From Acidobacteriota bacterium (lineage in GTDB: Bacteria > Acidobacteriota > UBA890 > WLXD01): a DNA stretch of 64,000 nucleotides. The notes under the pieces were generated by a model. The model did no database searches. It was not told the DNA's origin and saw only the letters and a list, made by a program, of their open reading frames with translations. Positions 57,662-64,000 of this stretch are shown in pieces. Position 1 is the first letter of the stretch. The number at the start of each line of letters is the position of its first letter. The stretch lies in NCBI GenBank assembly GCA_965205505.1, contig CBDBHB010000007.1:256001-320000 (forward strand), written 5' to 3'. The position numbers and the translations under genes were made by a program.

Positions 57662-60652
57662 ATGATCGGTAGTCGCTGGCAACCACGATTCGCGGTCCTC
57701 ACGCTGGTCATTGCCGTCGTCGCACCGGCCATGGCGCAGGATGGCACGGAGCTCGATGCGCGCTACGGCGCCGAGATTCGTGCCCACACCACCGACGAGA
57801 AGTTCCTCACGCCCATCGTCGAAGTGCTGCCGGCCTCGAGCACCGTCCCCACGCCGCTCGACTTCCACGGTTACATCGCCGGAGCCGAGGGACACCTCAC
57901 CTACGCCGCCGACGTGCACTCGTACATGCGAGCCGTCGCCGATGCGTCGCCACGCGTACAGGTCTTTCGCATGGGAGAGACCGAGGAGGGCCGCGAGCGC
58001 GTTCTCGTAGTCGCCGGCAGCGACGAGTCGATGGCCAACCTCGATCGCTATCGCGAGATCACTGGTCGCCTCGCCGATCCCCGCCACCTGACCGACGAAG
58101 AGGCGGCCGAGCTGATCGGCCGCGGCAAGGCGATCTACTGGGCGACCGGCGGGCTTCACTCGCCTGAGACCGGCTCACCGGAGATGCTCATGGAGCTGAT
58201 CTATCGTTTCGCGGTAGACGAGCGACCCATCTTCGACGAGATTCGCGACAACTTGATCTTCATGGCCACCCCGGTCGTCGAGGTGGACGGTCGCGAGCGC
58301 ATGATCGACATCATGCGCTATCGGGCCGCCAACCCAGGCAAGGCCGCACCGAACCTCGTGTACTGGGGCAAGTACATCGCCCACGACAACAACCGCGACG
58401 GCATCGGGCTGGCGCTGACCCTCTCTCGGCAGGCCATCGACACGTACCTGCAGTGGCACCCACAGGTGATGCACGACCTGCACGAGTCGGTGCCGTTTCT
58501 CTACATCATGAGTGGCCACGGCCCGTTCAACTCCTGGCTCGACCCCATTACCACCGAGGAGTGGGTGGAGATGGCGTGGACCGAGGTGCGGAAAATGAAC
58601 GAGTGGAACGTGCCTGGTGTCTGGACGTTCAACTTCTTCGATGGCTGGGCCGCCAACTACATGATCTACGCGGCCATGGGGCGGAACTCGGTGGGCCGCT
58701 TCTACGAGACGTTCGGCAATAGCGTTCCGGAAACGCAAATGCGTGAGATCGGCGGCCGGTCGCAACGTGCCTGGTACCGCATGAACCCACCCACCCCCAA
58801 GGTGCTGTGGTCGCTGCGCAACAACACCAACCTGATGCAAAGCGCGCTCGTCGTCGGGCTGCACAACGTGGCGACGAACAAGAATCGCTTTCTGGAAACG
58901 TTCTATCGGAAGGGCAAGCGCGCGGTCGAAAAGCCACAGCGCGAGGGCCCCGCAGCCTGGGTGATTCCCGCCGACGGCCCACGCCCGCGGCTCACACGGC
59001 GTCTTATCGACCTGCTGCGAGCACAGACCATCGAGCTCCACGTCGCTGCCGAGGCGTTCGAGATCGAAGCCTCGCGCCAGCCCGACGACAGCGAGACGGT
59101 GCAGTTCGCCGCCGCCGACATCATCGTGCGCATGGATCAGCCCTACAGCCGGCTCGCCGACATGCTGCTCGACTACCAGTACTACAACCCCAGCGACCCC
59201 CGACCCTATGACGACACCGGCTGGTCGCTCGGCCCGCTTTTCAACGTCGACACCTACCGCGTGAAGGACATCGCGGTGCTCGATGTCAGCATGACGGCGC
59301 TCGACGACGCCGCTCCGGAGGGCGGAATCTCCGGTGACGGGTCGACCCTCGTGCTTGCAGCCACCGGCGAGCCCGAGGTGGCGAGCTTCCGCTTCGCCCT
59401 TGCCGACCTGCAGATGAGCGCCGCCGAGGACGAGTTCACCATCGGCGAGGCGACCTATCCGGCGGGCAGCATGCTGATCGACGGCAGCGACCCGGAAGTG
59501 CGACGGCGGGCGGCCACCGCGGCATCCGAGCTCGGCTTGCTACTGAGCGCCGTCTCCTCGACGCCGGAGGTCGTGGCGCACGACATGCCGGTACCGCGGA
59601 TCGGCCTGGTCCACACCTGGATCAACACTCAGAGCGAAGGCTGGTGGCGGTATGCATTCGACGACGCCGGCGTTCCTTATGAGTACATCTCGACCGACGC
59701 CATCGGCGAAACCGACAATCTGAACGAGCGCTGGGACGTGCTCGTCATGGCCCCGGGTTGGGGCAACGTCGACCGCCTAGTGCAGGGAGCTCGCAGCAAT
59801 CAGCCGATCGCCTGGAAGTCTACCGAGACGACACCCAACCTGGGCCGCATTGACTCCACCGACGATATGAGCGCGGGCATCGGATTCGACGGCGTGGCCA
59901 AGATCCAGCGCTTCGTCGAGCACGGCGGCGTCATCATTGCAGCCACCAGCTCCGTCGGATTCCTGACGCAGACCGGCATCGCGCCCTACGTGCGGATAGA
60001 TGACACCCCCTCCGACATGAAGGCTCGCGGCGCCCTGTTCAGCGCCAAGATCACCGACGAGCTCAGCCCCATCGCCTACGGTTACGATGAGAACATGGCG
60101 GTGTACTTCAGCAACGCTCCGTTGCTGCGCGTGAACGCCGCGCCCAGCGGCTTCGGCGGTGGCGGGGGCAACGGAGACGAGCGCGCTTCCGGCCGGCGGG
60201 GCGAGGACGCGGTTCCAGGTCATTCGCCATACGTAGACCCGGAAGGTGAGGCGGATGATCCGCAAGGTGAGGCGGCCGATCCGGAAGGCGAGGCGGACGA
60301 GGCGGAAGGCGAGGCGGATGATGAAGATGCCGACGAGGAGCTCTACTTCGACGACGGCCAGGATCTCAGTGATCGCATGCGCCTGCTGGCGGGCCATCTG
60401 GTTCCGGCGCCCGATCACGTTCCCCGTGTCGTGATGCGCTTCCATGATTCCAGCAGCGAGCTGCTGATCTCGGGATTGCTCGGCAACGGGGGCGCGCTGG
60501 CGTCGCGACCGGCGATCATCGACGTCCCGGTGGGCGACGGCCATGCGGTCTTGTTTGCCATCAACCCGATGTGGCGTAATCAAACCCACGGGCAGTACGG
60601 ATTGGTACTCAACACGCTGTTACACTTCGCGGCTCTCGACGCCGGGAGATAA
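57662..60652 (+). CDS. M14 family zinc carboxypeptidase-like secreted protein
   Basis: GETEEGR, GLHSPE, HDNNRD, HDLHE. Confidence 0.87.
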   Translation: MIGSRWQPRFAVLTLVIAVVAPAMAQDGTELDARYGAEIRAHTTDEKFLTPIVEVLPASSTVPTPLDFHGYIAGAEGHLTYAADVHSYMRAVADASPRVQVFRMGETEEGRERVLVVAGSDESMANLDRYREITGRLADPRHLTDEEAAELIGRGKAIYWATGGLHSPETGSPEMLMELIYRFAVDERPIFDEIRDNLIFMATPVVEVDGRERMIDIMRYRAANPGKAAPNLVYWGKYIAHDNNRDGIGLALTLSRQAIDTYLQWHPQVMHDLHESVPFLYIMSGHGPFNSWLDPITTEEWVEMAWTEVRKMNEWNVPGVWTFNFFDGWAANYMIYAAMGRNSVGRFYETFGNSVPETQMREIGGRSQRAWYRMNPPTPKVLWSLRNNTNLMQSALVVGLHNVATNKNRFLETFYRKGKRAVEKPQREGPAAWVIPADGPRPRLTRRLIDLLRAQTIELHVAAEAFEIEASRQPDDSETVQFAAADIIVRMDQPYSRLADMLLDYQYYNPSDPRPYDDTGWSLGPLFNVDTYRVKDIAVLDVSMTALDDAAPEGGISGDGSTLVLAATGEPEVASFRFALADLQMSAAEDEFTIGEATYPAGSMLIDGSDPEVRRRAATAASELGLLLSAVSSTPEVVAHDMPVPRIGLVHTWINTQSEGWWRYAFDDAGVPYEYISTDAIGETDNLNERWDVLVMAPGWGNVDRLVQGARSNQPIAWKSTETTPNLGRIDSTDDMSAGIGFDGVAKIQRFVEHGGVIIAATSSVGFLTQTGIAPYVRIDDTPSDMKARGALFSAKITDELSPIAYGYDENMAVYFSNAPLLRVNAAPSGFGGGGGNGDERASGRRGEDAVPGHSPYVDPEGEADDPQGEAADPEGEADEAEGEADDEDADEELYFDDGQDLSDRMRLLAGHLVPAPDHVPRVVMRFHDSSSELLISGLLGNGGALASRPAIIDVPVGDGHAVLFAINPMWRNQTHGQYGLVLNTLLHFAALDAGR
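60239..60322 (+). repeat. Four imperfect 21-bp coding tandem repeats (PEGEADD-like)
   Basis: CCGGAAGGTGAGGCGGATGAT and three variants. Confidence 0.85.
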
Positions 60653-60671
60653 CGAACAGAGGGACGAATCG

Positions 60672-60908
60672 ATGGCACACATCACCGTTTACAGCAGCCC
60701 TAGCTGAGCACCGTGCAAACAAGCGAAGGAGTTTCTTTCGCAGAAGGGAGTCGAATTCGACTCCATCGACATCACGACCCTCGACGACGCGTTCGGTACG
60801 CTACGGGCTATCACGGGCGGCCCGGTGGCGACGCCGACGGTGGTGATTGGTGATGAGTTCCGCGTCGGCTTCGCACCCGCCTGGATCGAGAAGCATCTAT
60901 CCGAATAG
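60672..60908 (+). CDS. Glutaredoxin/NrdH-like selenoprotein, UxxC active site (Sec at TGA 60705-60707)
   Basis: Absent from the ORF track. MAHITVYSSPS-U-APCKQAKEFLSQKGVEF...ATPTVVIGDEFRVGF; SECIS-like hairpin at 60723-60741. Confidence 0.88.
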
Positions 60909-61018
60909 CCGGTAACTTTCCGGCCCTGGAGACCAAACACCCTGAGACGGGCCGTGGCCGCAGTAGCACGCCACGCCCGGGTCGTGAGACTGAGCTTCCT
61001 CGAGCCAGGAGTACCGAA

Positions 61019-61858
61019 ATGCACCGTTTCGTCGCAATTGCCGCACTCGTCGTCATCGCCACCGGCGGTAGCGGTATCGGTGTGGGCGAGTTGGCGGCCG
61101 CCGGGACGCTAGCCTCCGACGACGATCTGTACGCGCCGTGGGCGCGGGTGCTCGCCGGCTATGTCGACGATGAGGGGCTGGTGGACTATGCCGGACTGAA
61201 GGCCGCCGGGTTCGCTGATCTCGAGGCGTTCATGACAGCGATCGCCGCCGTCGACCCGACCTCGTTCACCAACGACACGGAGCGTATGGCGTTCTGGATC
61301 AATGCCTACAACGCCGTGGTGATCTGGGGGGTCGTGGAACGCTACCCGCTCGAGAGCGTGCGCGATGTCGGGGCCTTGTGGGGACTGATCGGCGGCTTCT
61401 TCAAGCAGAAGTATCCGGTGGCCGGCGACCAAATGAGCCCCGACAATATCGAGCACGATACGCTTCGCGCGAAATTCGACGACGAGCGCATTCACTGGGC
61501 GCTGGTCTGCGCTGCGTTCGGCTGTCCTCGGCTGCTGAACGAACCGTATCGAGCCGAGAATCTCGACGAGATGCTCGGGCAACAGTCGTACGAGTTCCTG
61601 CGACAGCCGCGGGCACTGCAACTCGACCGCGATTCGGGCACGTTGTACCTGACGAAGTACTTCGACTGGTACGAAGGCGACTTCGAGATGGTCGCGGAAG
61701 ACGTGGTCGACTACGTGCTCCGATACGCCCCCGACGCCGACGCGGCGTATATCCGCGAGCATCGCGACACGTTACGCGTGAAGATCATGGGCTACGACTG
61801 GACGCTCAACGACCAGCCGAGCGGGCCTAGGAGTCGGCGGCCCGTGCCGCGCGACTGA
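61019..61858 (+). CDS. DUF547 domain protein
   Basis: GLVDY, AFWINAYNA, IEHDTLR, RIHWALVCAAFGCPRL, YFDWY..DF, YDWTLN. Confidence 0.9.
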   Translation: MHRFVAIAALVVIATGGSGIGVGELAAAGTLASDDDLYAPWARVLAGYVDDEGLVDYAGLKAAGFADLEAFMTAIAAVDPTSFTNDTERMAFWINAYNAVVIWGVVERYPLESVRDVGALWGLIGGFFKQKYPVAGDQMSPDNIEHDTLRAKFDDERIHWALVCAAFGCPRLLNEPYRAENLDEMLGQQSYEFLRQPRALQLDRDSGTLYLTKYFDWYEGDFEMVAEDVVDYVLRYAPDADAAYIREHRDTLRVKIMGYDWTLNDQPSGPRSRRPVPRD

Positions 61859-62612
61859 GTCTCCAGAGTTTCCGTATCGTTTGGTAGTCCGACAGCATCG
61901 CCATTTTCGCGATCCGCAGGCCGGTACGCCCGCCGCGCCAGCCGCCCTGGACGAGCAACTCACGCAGGAATGCGGCCGCCGGCACGACGCCCATCCACCA
62001 GATGGCGTTCAGCCAGTTGACGCGACGACCGGTGTCATACCAGTCTGCCGCCGCGAGGCTCGAGTAGCGTTGGCGCTTCGATTCCAGCTCATCGAAATCT
62101 GCGTATGTGTGATGGTCCAGATGGCCTGGTAGTGTGCCCAGCGGTCCATCGTTTATCAGCACCGGGTATTCGTGCACCCGCCGATCGACGTACCGGGCGC
62201 AGCCGCGACGAAACAGACGCAGGTGCACGCATTTGTACCACCCAGAGAAGCTCACGGGCTCACCGAACAGCCACGTTAGCCGTCGCAGCCGATAGCCATC
62301 GAAACGGGTTTCGTCAGCCGCAACGACCTCGCGGATACCGTCGGTCAGCTCGTCCGTGAGCCTCTCGTCGGCGTCCAGGACGAGGATCCAATCGCAGGTC
62401 GCCTGCTCGATGGCGAACTGCTTCTGGCGCCCGAAGCGGTCCAGTTTCCTTCGGTAGACCTTGTCGGTATGGCGACGGGCGATTTCACGGGTCGCGTCGG
62501 TCGATTCGTCGTCGACGACGACGATCTCGTCGCACCATGCGGCCGAGTCGAGGCATTCGGCGAGATTGTCTTCCTCGTTGCGCGTGATGACAACGAGCGA
62601 GAGGGTGGCCAT
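61827..62612 (-). CDS. Glycosyltransferase family 2 (WaaE/KdtX-like)
   Basis: ITRNEE, VVDDESTD, WILVLDADE, VHE. Confidence 0.9.
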   Translation of the reverse strand: MATLSLVVITRNEEDNLAECLDSAAWCDEIVVVDDESTDATREIARRHTDKVYRRKLDRFGRQKQFAIEQATCDWILVLDADERLTDELTDGIREVVAADETRFDGYRLRRLTWLFGEPVSFSGWYKCVHLRLFRRGCARYVDRRVHEYPVLINDGPLGTLPGHLDHHTYADFDELESKRQRYSSLAAADWYDTGRRVNWLNAIWWMGVVPAAAFLRELLVQGGWRGGRTGLRIAKMAMLSDYQTIRKLWRLSRAARAADS

Positions 62613-62817
62613 GCTCTCTGTCCCGGCACATCATCGGCGGCTAGCCGCTCGGATCGCCGAGCCTGTCTCCGTTGAAACCGCCCATCCCGCCGAGTATACA
62701 GGTGCCATCGTAGTCCCCACGGAAAGGAGGAAGCATGAGAGCCACGAGGCGAATCTTCGTGGGAATCGCCCTGTCGACGGCCGTCGGCGCAGCGGCGCCC
62801 CGCTACAGGAGACTCCG

Positions 62818-63421
62818 ATGACTAGAAGGATCTCGTTCCGAAGCGCCGCAACCGTGGCCTTCGTGCTGTTGCTCGGCGTGGCACCGGGAGCCGCCGATGA
62901 CGCATTAGTCACAGTCAACAAGCAGATCACGATCGTGCACGAGGCAGGCGACGGCGCCAAGGGAAGCGATGCCGCCATCGAGTTCGACGACATCGACGTC
63001 CAGGTCGAGCATGGCGACTGGCAGGCGAGAACGGATCTGAACGACAACAAGAACGCGACGTTCTGCCTCCGCTACGTCGCCGGTACTCTTGCCTACAGTT
63101 CGGCCCTGCAGGTCGCGTGGACGGGCGTGACCATCAATGGGCAGCTCGTCAGCAATCAAGGCAAATGGCAAGGAAGTCAAGCTCATCAACTCGTTCAAGC
63201 TCAAGGCGGTGCGGGGCGATACTGATCGCGTGTGCAAACCTGTTGCGCTCAGCAAGATGCGCGATGTGATCCGCGTCGTGTTGCGCCACAAGAGCGTGAA
63301 GAAAAACAAGGACGTCGACGGCATCTATTTCTGCCTCTTCGAGCTCTTCAGGTCGGTGAACTCAAGATCCGCCGAGCGCCGCACGGCGCTACCGTTCGCG
63401 GCACCAGCGCCGCGGGGATAA
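62818..63421 (+). pseudogene. Hypothetical secreted protein, apparently frameshifted at ~63155
   Basis: GGAG RBS, signal peptide MTRRISFRS...APGAA; plausible coding continues in ORF 63137-63421. Confidence 0.45.
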
Positions 63422-63429
63422 GGCTCCAT

Positions 63430-63708
63430 CTAGTGCTCCTGATCATAAGTACGGTGACGTTTGCAGGAGCGAGATGCGGGCGAGATCAAGGAAGGGTGAG
63501 GAAGGCGATGCCTTAGCCATCCTCGACGAGCCCTGACGCCGAGATCGCCCGCATATCGCTCCTCCCCTCTGGGTGGCCGCGGGACCGGCCACCTTGGGCG
63601 TCGCGGCGCCTCGACGATACACCCAGCATCGCCCTCGTCGCCGCTCCTACAATTCGCCCCGGTCGCGCGCGCCACAAACGTCACCGTACTTATGATCAGG
63701 AGCACTAG
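63430..63708. mobile_element. MITE-like element copy 2, 279 bp, perfect 34-bp TIRs starting with CTAG
   Basis: 63430-63463 is the reverse complement of 63675-63708; no credible coding capacity. Confidence 0.88.
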
Positions 63709-63760
63709 TGGTCTGTGCAGGAACCTACGGCGTTGGCCCGAGGTGAAGGCCGAGACCTGC

Positions 63761-64000
63761 TCAGACTTTTATTCCCTTCTTCACCGCGTGCTCGATTGCA
63801 TCACAGAACCGATCGAGCTCTTCGAGCGTCGTGAACACGCTCGGGGAGATGCGCAGGCCGGTGAACTCCGCGTGGTTGATCGCCACCGTGATGATGCGGC
63901 GCTCGTTCCAAAGCCAGTCGTTGAGCGCCGACGTGTCGATGCCCTCGACGCCCACGTTGGCGATCCCGGCAGCCTTGCCGGGCGCCTGGCTCGTATTCAG
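63761..64000 (-). CDS. C-terminus of a class V PLP aminotransferase-fold protein (partial)
   Basis: GIANVGVEG, GLRISPSVFTTLEELDRF. Confidence 0.75.
   Translation of the reverse strand: MNTSQAPGKAAGIANVGVEGIDTSALNDWLWNERRIITVAINHAEFTGLRISPSVFTTLEELDRFCDAIEHAVKKGIKV

Overview
GC-rich bacterial window that looks acidobacterial (inference from PadR-ADOP permease pairs, an acidobacterial-type VWA protein and Ser/Thr kinase-TolB/PD40 genes). Bases 1 to ~48 kb form an accessory mosaic. It holds exported redox and hydrolytic enzymes, a Co-type nitrile hydratase operon whose alpha subunit has a twin-arginine-like N-terminus, several decayed genes, and five copies of a promoter/start-codon module from kinase genes. 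It also holds an IS110/IS1111-type element. Its right non-coding end folds into a bridge/seekRNA-like loop whose two arms match both strands of the reconstructed target, which is the CTAG end of a ~280-bp MITE family present three times in the window. The right part has two probable selenoprotein genes that the ORF track split or missed (OsmC-like and UxxC glutaredoxin, each with in-frame TGA and a SECIS-like hairpin). It also has a spt-bcerS-cerR-like ceramide cluster linked to TolC/MlaC/MMPL transport genes, tRNA-Gln(CTG), an M14 peptidase, DUF547 and a GT2. Several frameshifts sit in short homopolymers and may be sequencing errors. All calls come from reading the sequence; no searches were run.
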